From positions 1,054,001-1,118,000 of the forward strand of contig NW_027117340.1 in assembly GCF_038025025.1 (NCBI RefSeq): a DNA stretch of 64,000 bases. Reading direction: 5' to 3'. The DNA is from Phyllosticta citribraziliensis. Taxonomy: Eukaryota. This document shows, in pieces, positions 13,151 to 24,682 of this stretch. The translations under genes were made by a program, and so were the position numbers. Within the stretch, counting starts at the first letter, position 1. Each line of letters starts with the position of its first letter. The notes below the pieces were generated by a model. The model saw nothing but the letters and a program-made list of their open reading frames with translations, did no database searches and had not been told where the DNA came from.

Positions 13151-14299
13151 ATGTCTTCCTCCAACGACCGGGGCGACGACGCCCTCCTCGCACGCCTCAA
13201 CGCCCTCAAGAAGTCCAGCGTGACCTTGTCCTCGGCTCCGCCTGGTGCTGAGATCCAGCCGGACGTGTTGCGCGAGTTTGCAGAGGCGCCGCCTCCGACG
13301 TCCGTGGATGAGACCAAAGACCCAGTGGTTGACCTGGCGACGCGCTTCAAGCGCCTACACACGCCCAGTCCACGCTCTGGATCTTCTGGCAAGGCTTCGC
13401 CAGCTTTAGAGGATGCCGGGGTCGACTTTGGTGGCGAGGAAAAGAGCTTGGATGTGTTGTTAAAGGAGCTTGGCGGTGAAGATTGGGACTTGCAAAAGAG
13501 CGAGGAGAGAGATGTTGGGAACCTGGTAAAAGAGGTCAGAAGCGTGTTGCCTGCTGCCGAGACGCCTGGGAATGAGCAGGAGACTGCAAAAAGAAAGAAG
13601 GATCATAAGGAGTTCGATGAAGATGCCAAAGAGGTGGACATCGCGAAGCTGGAGCCTGGACGGGTCGAAGAAGAGCCGGATGAAGATGCTCTCGATGATC
13701 AGGAAGCTGACGAGTATATTGCTCAAGTTTTGGCCGATTTGGAGATCCAGGAGAAGTATGCTGAGGCTGAAGGCCCCAAAGAAGAACAAGGACAAGAAGA
13801 AGAGCATTTTGGCCCATCCAGCGAAAAGAACGAGGTGCAGAAGCCAACCAGGAGCGAAAGGCTTGACCAGACACCCGCCTCCACTGCCGACGTGATCGAC
13901 TCGGCTTGGTCTCTGCCAGCAGCACCAAAGGATCTTCCAGACGAAGAGTCTGGCAGGGCCACTCCTGATGACGAGGCCTTGAATGCGCGTCTGGCCGCTC
14001 TTTCTGGGAATCCCAGCTTCCCCTCTGCGCCCTCATTTGCACCGTCAAAGAAGCCTCCGATCAAGACCAACAAGTCCCAGTTCACGGACGAAGAGATTGA
14101 CAGCTGGTGCATTATATGTTTCGACAATGCCACATTGCGGTGTCTTGGCTGCGATGGCGACTTGTATTGCCGAAAGTGCTGGCTCGAAGGCCACAAGGGA
14201 GAGAGCGCTGGATTCGCAGAAAGGACGCATCGTGCCGTGGAATTTGTGAGGGGCGGAGGCTTGAAGAAAGAAAAGAAGGTTGCCGTTGGTGCAGGTTGA
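13151..14299 (+). CDS. ANCHR/ZFYVE19-like protein with C-terminal B-box zinc finger (no FYVE domain seen)
   Basis: Intronless 382-aa ORF ending in WCIICFDNATLRCLGCDGDLYCRKCWLEGH...H, with three MIM1-like helices. Confidence 0.75.
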   Translation: MSSSNDRGDDALLARLNALKKSSVTLSSAPPGAEIQPDVLREFAEAPPPTSVDETKDPVVDLATRFKRLHTPSPRSGSSGKASPALEDAGVDFGGEEKSLDVLLKELGGEDWDLQKSEERDVGNLVKEVRSVLPAAETPGNEQETAKRKKDHKEFDEDAKEVDIAKLEPGRVEEEPDEDALDDQEADEYIAQVLADLEIQEKYAEAEGPKEEQGQEEEHFGPSSEKNEVQKPTRSERLDQTPASTADVIDSAWSLPAAPKDLPDEESGRATPDDEALNARLAALSGNPSFPSAPSFAPSKKPPIKTNKSQFTDEEIDSWCIICFDNATLRCLGCDGDLYCRKCWLEGHKGESAGFAERTHRAVEFVRGGGLKKEKKVAVGAG

Positions 14300-14874
14300 G
14301 CTTGTCAGTAAGGAACTCGCGCAGAGCCCATCTCCAGGGTCTCTGGTGCTTGGTCGGTTGAATGTGCTGCGTGGTTCCTGGGATTCTTAGCAAGCTGAGT
14401 GCCCTGAGCTTCACTGCGGCCAACAACACATACCAAGAGACAGGCCTGCTCGTCTCCATTGTCTTTTGGCCATGATAAAGCGGTGCGAAAGGCTCATGTG
14501 GGATTGGGAAAATGGAGGAAGCGGCTTTTGTGAATCGGCTTACTGCAAAAATTGCTGCGTGGGCAGTCGGCGGGACGACACCATACTGCACCACGCGGGC
14601 TCTCTCCGAGACGTGCGAATTCCCAACCCTTCCCAAGCACCCGTCCCGTCCTCCTCTTCTATTTTGGACCTTACTGCTTTTGCCGTCACAAGCCTTTACA
14701 TCAACTGGAGATCGCGGGCGGAGTTGGGTTCGCTTCCAACCGGAAATCCTCTACACTACCCACCACAGGACCTCTTCTCAGCCGAGTACCACCGTCCAAT
14801 TACCGACAACCTCTTTCGCTACACCCTGCTCCTCAAAAACAACCCCTTCAATCCTCTGTCAGACCCTACCCGCC

Positions 14875-15921
14875 ATGGAGAGCACCCCAACGCGTCGCGG
14901 CAGCACTGTCTGCGCTTCCCCATCCAGCGAGCTGCAAGTCTCCAACAAGAACATCTCCCCTGGTGGAGTTACTGAGACGGTCTGCCCATCCAACGGCATC
15001 CACTCCCGTCGCGCCAGCCAGCAAGACCCTTTCGCTCTCGACCACACCCAGACTGCCAAGCTGCCCTCGCACCTCAATAATCAGGTCGTCCCTCTGGGTT
15101 TTCTCTTGACCGAGCGTCCTTCCACGGACTCTCTGGTCATTGACGCGTTCCCAGATTCCCTCAACCCTGAAGATCATGGCCCCTGCATCACCATGTTTCA
15201 GAACGCGCAGGCCGCTTTGGAGGACCTGGCCATGCACGTCAAGGTGCTTAAGCAAGACAAGGAGATTCTCATCCGCAAGATAAAGTCTCTCGTGGATGAT
15301 GTGTCGCGCCTTCGCTTGCAGGCTGCGGTCTCTGACAAACAGGCGCTCCAGGACCGAATCGAAGGACTGATGCGCCAGATCGGATACCTGACGAGTCTTC
15401 CCAAGAACGAGGAGTATCTCGGAAAGATAAAGTTGTTCGAGGCTGAAGCCCGCGGCTCTCGCCAGGCCAAGTTCGACACGGAGCAGCTCCACGCCCAGAC
15501 AGTCTATCATCTCCAGACCGAAAAGGAGGTTCTCACGCGGAAGCTACAGGTCACCGAGCATTGCTACTCAACGGAGCTAACGCGCGTCTCGGACTTGCTG
15601 CAGTGCCAGCGCGAGATGACCGAGAGAGCCCTCCAAGACTACGCGCTCGTCAAGGAGAAGAACAGCAAGTTGGAGACGGAGCTCGACCAGGAGCGCTCCA
15701 AGGTCTCGGAGCTCCACATGTACTTTAATCAGCAGCAAGAATGGGGCCAGGCGGCCAACGACACGTTCTCGCAGAACATCCGTCGCATGGCAAGCGTGCT
15801 CGAGGGCTTAACCGAGTCCGCCCGCATCGAGAACCAGCACCTGGGCATCACTCACCGCGCTCTTCAGGGCTGCCTGGGCAACCCTGTCGACGACCCTCAG
15901 CCCGAGCCTCGTCGCCGTTAG
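14875..15921 (+). CDS. Hypothetical coiled-coil protein
   Basis: Long ORF, open from 14512; likely start is CGCCATGG at 14875. Heptad-rich Q/E/L/K region in the C-terminal half. No family recognised. Confidence 0.6.
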   Translation: MESTPTRRGSTVCASPSSELQVSNKNISPGGVTETVCPSNGIHSRRASQQDPFALDHTQTAKLPSHLNNQVVPLGFLLTERPSTDSLVIDAFPDSLNPEDHGPCITMFQNAQAALEDLAMHVKVLKQDKEILIRKIKSLVDDVSRLRLQAAVSDKQALQDRIEGLMRQIGYLTSLPKNEEYLGKIKLFEAEARGSRQAKFDTEQLHAQTVYHLQTEKEVLTRKLQVTEHCYSTELTRVSDLLQCQREMTERALQDYALVKEKNSKLETELDQERSKVSELHMYFNQQQEWGQAANDTFSQNIRRMASVLEGLTESARIENQHLGITHRALQGCLGNPVDDPQPEPRRR

Positions 15922-16597
15922 GCTGCTTCGTCGCCACCGAAACTTTGGGGTGTGGTGGCAGATGCCGTCGGTCTAGCATATCGACACCGGTATGTACTTT
16001 TCTTCCCCTTCCAACAGATTTCCTTCCCGTACTGACATTGAGAAAGGTTGTTTTACGCCAGCCCCTACGAAGTCTGATTGAGTATGGAAGACGCCATTGG
16101 CGTGGTTGATTGATGATTCCCGGTACGCCACCACTTCCTCTCTCCTTCCACACTATACGTCCTCGTACTAACACCGATCCAGATTCTGTTTCCAGCGATG
16201 CGGCCTCGAAATCTTTGAGAATGGCATGAAGTGCGTCGAGCACAGTGGTATTGGAGAGTTGAGCTCAATGGGTTGGCTCTCAAAGGAAGCAAGCCACGAC
16301 AACTTGTGTTGACAATGACCTGGGCTAGTCTAAGACCTCAAAGGTCTTGGAGAGGTGCCCTTGGCCAAGGTGGCTTCGGAAGTTCGGTTTACAGTGATTC
16401 TCTCGGGGGCAGTTCGTGCTTTCCTTTCGTCATGCAGATGGATAGCTTTAGAATGGAATTTGCCTCAAACTTTTGCTCCGTGTACTGTACGTCGGCTTCG
16501 TAACGTCAAGGTCATTTCATTAAATAGGCTCAGTGCGAGCGCTCTATATGCGTGTCTAAATATTTACTTTTTCCACATCCGGCGCAACGTCTGCCGC

Positions 16598-18673
16598 TCA
16601 GACAGAGATCCACCGGGCCATCCACTCGTCGGTGACCTGCTTGGCCTCGTCCACCAAGCCCATATCCAGCAGCAGCTGCGCGGTTCCACGGACAGCGCTC
16701 TCGAGGGCCGAAAAGATCCACGCGTGCGTGTAGCTCGTGTGCTCGCCAATAAACACGGTCTGCTTCTCCGTCTTGAAGTAGGCGGGCAGATACAGCTCCT
16801 GCTGGCCGACAAGCGGGTCCGCCCACGAGCCCGACTCGAACTCGTTGTTGATCCAGCAGATGCGGTCGTAGCTGCCCGTGTACTGCTGCGCGGCGACATC
16901 GCCGTGGATGGCGACCATGGCGCGCTGCACGTAGGCGACGTGCTCGTCGTCCGAGAGGCCGCCCCAGCTGAGCACCGTGCTGTCCGAGTCGTAGCTGGCG
17001 AGGATGACGCCTGGCAGGCTGCTGTTGATGGCGTACGATGGGTAGCAGATGGAGCCGATGCCCGAGATGTTGGTGCTACCGCAGCCGCCGATGATGGGCG
17101 CGTCGAGGTGCTCCCAGAAGCGCGTTTCGTAGTGCAGCGCGACCTTGCAGGCTGTGCCGTAGTTCATCGTCTCAATGGCCCGGCTGATCAGGCTTGAGTA
17201 ATCTGGGAGTTCCCACAGTTTCACTCTTGTGAATGGCACCGCGACGACCGTGTAGTCGTACTCGGCCGACGTGAGGTCGCTCCAGGGCCCGTCGGGGCGC
17301 CACGAGACCGTCATCTTCTTCGCCTCTTCGTCATACGCTAGGCGCTCTACCTTGGTGTTGTAGCGCGTGCGGTTAGCAACCAACGGGGCAAAGGCGCGCG
17401 GCAGGCTCGACAGACCCTTGTCGATGGTGCGCCATTCGGTTGCGCCAAAGTAGATCGAGTCGTAGAGCCACTCGGGGCTGTTGGATGCCGTCGACACGGC
17501 TTGGTCTGCAATGTCTGCCGACTGGCCCATCACGTAGCGCAGGTAGCCAGCTTCAGAAAAGTCAAAGTAGCCCTCCTCGACGGCCTTCTTGTGCGCTTGG
17601 AAGACATTGGTTGCGATCTCGGTCTTCTTCTCCCATGTCAGAGCGTCCCAGGTGTCGATCTGAGCCAGCGCCTGCTCCACTGCCGTCACGTTGGAGTAGG
17701 TGGCCGTGGTGTTGGTAGTGTCCTCCGGGTCGTTGGCAGCGCTCTGAATCCAGGGGATAAAGTTGACGGCTAGCGAAGAGTCGTTGCCGTTGATCTTGTT
17801 CAGAGTGTCGGCTAGTTGGAAGACCATGCGGTGGTCCATGATTTGAATCGTCTCGTTGGTGGTCGAGTTTGTGATGCTCACTGGGAATCTCATGGGTCCC
17901 ATTTCTTGGTACTGGTAATCATCAGGGGAAGTGCCATTCAGGTAAGCTGTGTGTACGCGGCCTCCAACTCGTTCCGTGGCTTCGAGGATTTCCCAGTTGT
18001 GGATTCCTACAGAGTCGAGCAGGCGCTGTGGCAATATTAGCATCTGGAGTGTAATTTGATGCGGGCGCTGAAATAGAATGCTCCCGGGACTTGTTCGACT
18101 TACGGAGGTCATCAGGCCAGCCATGCCACCCCCCAGGATACCAATGGTCTTCTCCTTTGCCTGGGACACAAAAACCGTATCCGGCTCCTTCTCCTTGAGA
18201 TATTCAACACCGTCGAACCAAGGCCCCATCGCATCAGCAATCTCGGCAAAGGTCACGCTGCGCCTGGCTTTCCTCCTCTTGATGGCAAAGCTTTCCGATT
18301 TTCCAACGAGTTCTTCGCCACTGAATGCGTGCAGACAGCCGCCAGAGAAGGTGTCCGCCGGGGGAAGCCATGTGAACCGGGTAGGCCTGTTGGATTCCCA
18401 TCCAAGGTGACGCTTGGCCAAGGGGTGGTCTCCAATGTGGGTGGTGCCCACATGATGATGAGCCTCATATGGTGAGCTCATGTCGCAGGAGCCATAGTAG
18501 AGGGACAGCTCGCCATCGACTGGGCTCGCAAAGCTGATGTGAATGTTGGAAGCTCCCTCAGCGTCGGCGGTAAAGGGGCCCTTGAAGTGGACGGATGGAG
18601 AGCGAGGAATGACCTTTCCAGCTGCATGTGCAGCCAGAACGCTGGTGGCCGTGAGCAACAAGGAGAGACCCAT
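16598..18673 (-). CDS. Secreted flavin-containing L-amino-acid oxidase (amino oxidase family)
   Basis: Signal peptide MGLSLLLTATSVLAAHAA. Motifs IGILGGGMAGL, EATERVGGRVHT, EMGPMRFP and FIGEHTSYTHAWIFSALESAVRG. In-frame 78-nt intron 18026-18103. Confidence 0.9.
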   Translation of the reverse strand: MGLSLLLTATSVLAAHAAGKVIPRSPSVHFKGPFTADAEGASNIHISFASPVDGELSLYYGSCDMSSPYEAHHHVGTTHIGDHPLAKRHLGWESNRPTRFTWLPPADTFSGGCLHAFSGEELVGKSESFAIKRRKARRSVTFAEIADAMGPWFDGVEYLKEKEPDTVFVSQAKEKTIGILGGGMAGLMTSVSRTSPGSILFQRPHQITLQMLILPQRLLDSVGIHNWEILEATERVGGRVHTAYLNGTSPDDYQYQEMGPMRFPVSITNSTTNETIQIMDHRMVFQLADTLNKINGNDSSLAVNFIPWIQSAANDPEDTTNTTATYSNVTAVEQALAQIDTWDALTWEKKTEIATNVFQAHKKAVEEGYFDFSEAGYLRYVMGQSADIADQAVSTASNSPEWLYDSIYFGATEWRTIDKGLSSLPRAFAPLVANRTRYNTKVERLAYDEEAKKMTVSWRPDGPWSDLTSAEYDYTVVAVPFTRVKLWELPDYSSLISRAIETMNYGTACKVALHYETRFWEHLDAPIIGGCGSTNISGIGSICYPSYAINSSLPGVILASYDSDSTVLSWGGLSDDEHVAYVQRAMVAIHGDVAAQQYTGSYDRICWINNEFESGSWADPLVGQQELYLPAYFKTEKQTVFIGEHTSYTHAWIFSALESAVRGTAQLLLDMGLVDEAKQVTDEWMARWISV

Positions 18674-20179
18674 TTCGGAAAAGAGGCTCTATTGCAGGTC
18701 AAAAGGGAGAGGCCGGTCAAGCTTTCAGCTTCGTCTGTCGAGCTTTCTGTTCTCAAGCCAAATCGGCATGTTTATATACTTGACAAAATCTACTGCCGTT
18801 AGGTGGACCACCGGGCATCTGCGATAGGTGTCACGCCCTGTGGCGGCTCAGTAAAGCGCGCGTTCCTACATATTTGCAGGGGTATTGAAGATAAACGGAC
18901 TCATTTTTGGTCTGCGAAGGGCGTAAGGCCGCCGCCCGGTCGAGGTTGGCACAAGCAACGATCTTGTATGATAGTCGAGAAACTTTAGTAAACTAGAATC
19001 TTGGTCGTCGTAGGCTCTCGGAGGCCAGTGTTCGACATTTGATATTCTGCTTCTGGATAGAGCCAGAGATTGTACACGCCTGGCGGAAGCATGTTGTGGC
19101 CCTGAATGGTGCTGTCAGCTCGAGCCACAAGCAGATTCCGATGGTCATTTGCGGGGTGTAATGTCCTGATAAGCCATTTCGAGGCACCTTCTACGCCGAA
19201 GCTGAACTGAGCAGGTCCACGCTGGTTTCTTGGGGAAGCGTGCCCCGGATCCTATCAGAGATCGGGGGTCTCCACTGGATACGGGTCGATTGCCGTTCAA
19301 GCGATACACGGCCTTAGCAAAATATTCTGCTTTCTACATCGGATGCAGAGACGCTTCAAGCCCCAGAGAGTAAAGCTTGGATTTTCCAGCTGCATGGTCT
19401 CGAAACCTTAGCGATCCTCAAGCTTGGTATCACAGCTTAACCCTAAATCCAAACCCAGGTTTCTGGGTGTCGATGGAAGGCCTGAATAGAAGGCTGAACA
19501 TTGCCGACGGAGCGGGTAAGGGAGCATCCATCAGACCTTGGGCTTCGGTGACATGGGATAGATCTGGACTTGCGGATTTGCCGAGCGACGTCGGAGTCAA
19601 GGGCGTGCCGATGGACGTCTTCTACAGCTGATACGGAATCAGAACGGAGTGAGGCCGACGGCACGGATCTGTGTCAAGCGACGAACAAGTCCGGCAGTAT
19701 CATCGGTTGCCGATGGCCATAAGGACGCTTCAAGACGGCTCATAGCAACTCGGGGCTCGGATTGACGGGCAAAGCGAGAATGAAGACGTGTTCCGGTGAA
19801 TAAATAATCATAGATATCGATTCTCGTTTGCGCTCTGAGACGGCAAAGTCCGATGAGCATGGATGGTGACTTGCAGCATCGTCTCAAGGATAAAAATGGA
19901 GGAAAAGCGTCGTGTCTGGCACGTTCGAGCGCGTGCATGTCGCGACCAGGCGGTTCATGATGATAGATGCGATGGCGTGATGGTGTTGAGTTTGTCTCAA
20001 GCGGCTAGGAAACGGCGTCGAGTCAGTGGCGCGAGGCGTCTGGATTTCCATGACACGGCCTGGCCTTGGCGCCTACGTCAACTGCAGACTAGCGTACCGA
20101 CCTGACCACAACCTCAAAACTACTCCTCCAGTCATCTTGTTCCGGGAGTCTATCATATCGGCATGAGTTATGCGTACAG

Positions 20180-22864
20180 ATGAGACCTTACCACCTCGAC
20201 ACTTTCCACCGCTTGCATCGCTCGCTGTTCAGATTTCGCCTCTCCAAAGTTTTTGACACTGCTCGGCCCTCGACGCTGTCAAGACACAGTCGCGAAAAAC
20301 TTCGTAACCGTCGCGCGCCACCAAAGCGCGTCGTAGCGCCAAATGACTCCCAAATCACAGGTCATGGCGGTGAAATTGTCATGAGGCGCCTTGTGTTGGA
20401 CAAGGATGTGACGATACCTTATCCCACCAAACAACCGCCGCTTCCTATCAAGCAACTCAGTCTTTCCCTGAAACAAGGCCTTCATGAACCTGCCGTTGAC
20501 AGCGTCAGAAAGAATCTGTGGAAGTGGTACGCAAGAGTCAGGTATCAACACCCAGATGCCCTCCGACTCGTACCTGACGACGCCTGGAATGTTCTGTGGG
20601 CGACTCAGTCCCACGTTTCTCCTACCAACGACAACAGAATGGCCCACATGAAGGCTTTGGCCTACGACATGCAAAGGACTGGAAGTTCGAGGTTGCGCAT
20701 GGCCTATCTTGACGCTCTGTCTGAGTCGGGCGAAGAGATGGAAGCGGCTTTGGAGTGGATCGATTGGTACAATTCCTCTTCAGATCCGGAGCGACCAGAG
20801 TTCCTGGAACAAGGAATCAAATTGGTCGCCCGCATCGGAATGGTCGAATACGCTCAACTCATCCTACTGGGATTAGAGGATATTGACCCAAAAGCTGTAC
20901 TGAGAGTTTCGAAGTACATTTTCGCCCCTCTTTTTCAAGACGGCATGCCAGATGCTGTCAAGGAGGCTTGGGAGCTTTACGTCGACGTGCAGGGAAAGTA
21001 TGGCGACCAAATGTCAAACTCCGACTACGAATTCTACTGGATGGGATTTTTGCGGGCCGGTGCAAGAAACCATGCCGTAAAGATATTTGAACACATGGTC
21101 CGCTCTCGAAAATTTGAAACCACTTTTCAAAAGGACAAGACAGAGTTTCATCATCAATTCACCCGTATTGCAAAATCAGCCGCATCTGTCGGTGATGTGC
21201 ACCGACTGTTTCTGCCAATGTTGAACACACTGCCATCATTTTTCAAGACTCGATTATTCTTCAATACGTGGCTGCAAAGGCTCCTTGACTTCCACGACAC
21301 AAGCGCGGCCCTCGTTGTCGTCGAGTTAGCATACGAAAAAGGGTGTGTGCCTGAGCCACGGATAATGGATCAAATCCTTAGCAACTGGGTCTCTTCACCA
21401 ACGGCCACCACACGAGACCTTGAGATGGCTGAAGAGGTTGCCCTGCGCATGGTGTCGCAACGTCTCGAAACAGTTCAACGGCGCAAGAATACTTATAACT
21501 CGAAAATCAGCCAGCGCCGACGAAAACTGTCAATCTGGAAGGAAAGACCTGTCCCACCTGCGTCGAGTGCAACATTTGGGGTTCTCCTTCATCTCTGTTT
21601 CAAACGAAACCAAAAGACACTATCGTCCGACAAGGCAAGGGCAGAGTTTGGAAACCTCCTGGGCGAGCTCCAAAAATGCCAGCTCCCTTTCGACAGCAAA
21701 GGCCTGACCAAAGCCCTCCAGTTCTACCTGCAAAATTACGACCTACACATGGTTGACGAAACAATCATGTACCACCTCAAAAACGCCCCTTTCCAGAATG
21801 TGCCGCAGGAGCCCGCACTCGTTATGATATGGAACGCGTTCTACTTGAGCCAGAGACGGCGCGGAGCCAAATTAATGAGGGGCACAAACCAGGCCAACAC
21901 ACTAAGGGCAGAAATCTGCATGCAATACACGCTACAGTCCCTGAGAAAACGGTGGCGCGGCCGTGCACGAACAATGAAGGCCATGTCCACCCGCAATCGG
22001 GTCCTGCACATGATTATCAAGTGCTTCTGCAGCGCGCGGGACTACGGCGGTGCTCTGATGGCGCTGCGCGTCTTTGCCGGACGCTTCGGCATCTACCCCA
22101 CGCCCAAGATGATTGAAATCATTGCCAGCAGCGTCGCCTCGCTTGCGTTTCGCACCCGGAGCCCCCTGCAACGCAGACAGGTGGCCGCCAGCCCTCTGTT
22201 TCAAGCTGATGCGACCAAGCTGATCCAAATCATGAACCAAATGTTCAACATGCGCGTCCAGAACGACATCATGATGGGAGATGCTGTCGACACGACGCGC
22301 CGCGCTCAGCTCATGCTGGAAACGCTGACGAAGTTTCTACGCATCACCATGTTGCGCAAGCACAGTCCAGATCAGGTCGAGGACAGGATCAACCATCTCA
22401 GAAAGCTATGGGGCGTCGAGGACTGCTCGACGGGCGATGAGACGGCGTCTGAGGTTTATCTCGAGCTGTACATGGGCAATGCTCTGGAAGATGATGGCCA
22501 GTTCGGTCCGGAAACCGTCCCAGAAGAAAGAGAAACGATGCTAGAAGAAGAAAATGCTGTGCCACAGGGACAGGACAACGCGCCAGAGGAGGAACATGAA
22601 TCAGTGGACAAGCCATACCTCGAAGCCCGATCGGAAGAGGAGCGTCTTCAGCAGGAAGTCAAGCAAGTGGACCAGCGACCGCGGGAAAACGAGCAAGTTG
22701 AGCAGGACTTTGTGCCAGAGGACGAGCGTTGGTTGACTGACGACCCATGGCTCCAACCTCGACGGGAAGACAAGAATCTCCAGGGATGGGACAGATCATC
22801 CCAGAAACCCCGTGGCGATAGCTCGTCCGCTTGGGAGAAGGATAAATGGCGTAAAAGCGAGTAA
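20180..22864 (+). CDS. Probable mitochondrial helical-repeat (PPR-like) protein
   Basis: Intronless 894-aa ORF with an Arg-rich presequence-like N-terminus. Degenerate ~35-aa helical units (e.g. YWMGFLRAGARNHAVKIFEHM, MIIKCFCSARDYGGALMALR) and an acidic tail. Confidence 0.6.
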   Translation: MRPYHLDTFHRLHRSLFRFRLSKVFDTARPSTLSRHSREKLRNRRAPPKRVVAPNDSQITGHGGEIVMRRLVLDKDVTIPYPTKQPPLPIKQLSLSLKQGLHEPAVDSVRKNLWKWYARVRYQHPDALRLVPDDAWNVLWATQSHVSPTNDNRMAHMKALAYDMQRTGSSRLRMAYLDALSESGEEMEAALEWIDWYNSSSDPERPEFLEQGIKLVARIGMVEYAQLILLGLEDIDPKAVLRVSKYIFAPLFQDGMPDAVKEAWELYVDVQGKYGDQMSNSDYEFYWMGFLRAGARNHAVKIFEHMVRSRKFETTFQKDKTEFHHQFTRIAKSAASVGDVHRLFLPMLNTLPSFFKTRLFFNTWLQRLLDFHDTSAALVVVELAYEKGCVPEPRIMDQILSNWVSSPTATTRDLEMAEEVALRMVSQRLETVQRRKNTYNSKISQRRRKLSIWKERPVPPASSATFGVLLHLCFKRNQKTLSSDKARAEFGNLLGELQKCQLPFDSKGLTKALQFYLQNYDLHMVDETIMYHLKNAPFQNVPQEPALVMIWNAFYLSQRRRGAKLMRGTNQANTLRAEICMQYTLQSLRKRWRGRARTMKAMSTRNRVLHMIIKCFCSARDYGGALMALRVFAGRFGIYPTPKMIEIIASSVASLAFRTRSPLQRRQVAASPLFQADATKLIQIMNQMFNMRVQNDIMMGDAVDTTRRAQLMLETLTKFLRITMLRKHSPDQVEDRINHLRKLWGVEDCSTGDETASEVYLELYMGNALEDDGQFGPETVPEERETMLEEENAVPQGQDNAPEEEHESVDKPYLEARSEEERLQQEVKQVDQRPRENEQVEQDFVPEDERWLTDDPWLQPRREDKNLQGWDRSSQKPRGDSSSAWEKDKWRKSE

Positions 22865-24427
22865 GTAGGCACAGGCGCCTACACAAAAGCAAAGGTTTGG
22901 CGTTTTCGCGGCGTTGAAAAGCTCAGCACTGGCAAACCAGATTTCTACGCATCCATGCAGCACTTTCTGGTGGTTTGGACCAACAAAGGAGATGGACCGT
23001 TGGTTGGTGCCGGAACTTGTAATTTTGTATTGAAACCGGGGTGGCAGAAATTGGTGACTGGAGTTGTCATGTGTGTATATATAGCTGGACTTATTTTGTT
23101 GGCCAGGACCTTGAATGAATACCCACTCTCAGATCTACCTTCGGATTTCACAGTGGGTGTGAAGGGATCAATCAGCTGACGGCACGCCCATCCGTGAGTC
23201 AGATGTTGCGGCATCTTGAAACTTGAGAAAAAGAGAAGCAAAGAAGGATATAACAGTCCTCCTACAAGTCATCTGTGCGAGATGCTTGCGTTGACGAGAG
23301 AAGTGAGGAAAGCTGCGAGATTCTGTAGGAATCATGTGCAGTCATGAATCGTCCGAGAAGCATTACGCAGAGACAGACGAACGTGATGCCAAAGTTTGAA
23401 GAGCCAAACGCTCGAGAAATTAAAGCAACAAGCTAAGATTGGGTCGAATTTGTCGGTTGTGAGTGCCGAGTCCAAACAACGGCACACAGCTGATTCAGGA
23501 TGCGGTGTTTCGAGACGGCAATGCTGAAGGAAGGATAAATTGTGCGCAGAAATGTACGAGAGCAGCCTACCCAATAATGAGGGGGCAAGGATTCCCTCCC
23601 CGATGGATGGATGGATACGAAGTTGTCGGCTTGTGTATGTAGAGCCTTTGCACTGTTGTTGCAAAAGAACGGAGGAGCCTCGAGAAGTCTGCTTTTAGAA
23701 TCCAACCAAGTCTTGCTTGCTACGGTACCACTGAGCCATCTCTATTCCCTCCTCCTCCTCCTCTTCTTCCCCCTCCTCTTCCTCACACCACGCACCTTTC
23801 CCCCACACTACCCCTGCACGTCACGTCATGCCATATCGTCGTTTATTTGCCCCACAGCCCAGCACAGCGCCGCAGCCTCTCTCACTCAGCGCATCTCTTG
23901 GAAGCGGAGTGCAGGCATCAGGATGAGTGAGGAGGGGGTGGGCGCAGTAAGGCAGTCCGTCCGGATCATGATGGCGGTGGGGTGGGTGTTCCCCACATCA
24001 ACCCCATCCTGCATCCCAACTCATCCATCTCATCCGACATCGGGCGCACCCCGCAACCCCATTTGGGAAGCGGCCTCGCCATCGCCTTCTCTTTCGTATC
24101 TCGCGCCAGTATTTCTGTTTTGGGACGGATTGCTTAGGTTGCTTGCGCACTTCTTCTTCTTCTTCTGTCCGTCTCTCCAACCAACGTGTCGTGGAGTTCA
24201 TCTGACGAACATGTGGGACGCAGTAATAGCGTGACATGACGTAAGAAGCAAACCAAGCAAAAAAAAAAAAAAAAGACAGACAGACAAGCTAAACCATTCT
24301 CGAAGCTTTTCTGTAACTAGTTCATACAGCGGGCAAGCAGTCAGAGCGACGCGACGTGAGGGAGGATGATGACGTGCGCCGGAAGGGCAAGAGCGCGTGG
24401 CCGCTACAGGTACAGGTACAGGTAGCT

Positions 24428-24682
24428 AGCCAGCCAGCCAGCCAGTCGGCTAGCTTGCGTGCGTTGGGCGCGCGCGCGTGCGGCTAGTTGCGCCTCTAGC
24501 AGAGTAGGCTCGTGGGTAGTGCGCTGCTACCTACATGCTACTAATGCTGCACGTGAATTGTTGCATAGATCCATGACCATGAGAGAGAGGTGGGGTTATA
24601 TTGATGGTTGGATATGTGTGGGGACCAGTGGATGTGGATCGATCGGAAAGACCTGAGAGGCTGGCTGGCTGGCTGGCTGGCT
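24428..24682. repeat. Pair of complementary tetranucleotide microsatellites: (AGCC)n at 24428-24445 and (GGCT)6 at 24659-24682
   Basis: Read directly; the two tracts are reverse complements over 18 bp. Confidence 0.85.

Noticed and set aside
19410..19470. TAACCCTAA (19438-19446) flanked by small hairpins, resembling a fungal telomerase RNA template
   Set aside because: A 9-mer is expected about 0.5 times by chance on both strands of 64 kb. Only ~730 nt remain before the next gene, and I saw no convincing U/A triple-helix pseudoknot or CR4/5 element. A telobox-type promoter site or chance is more likely.
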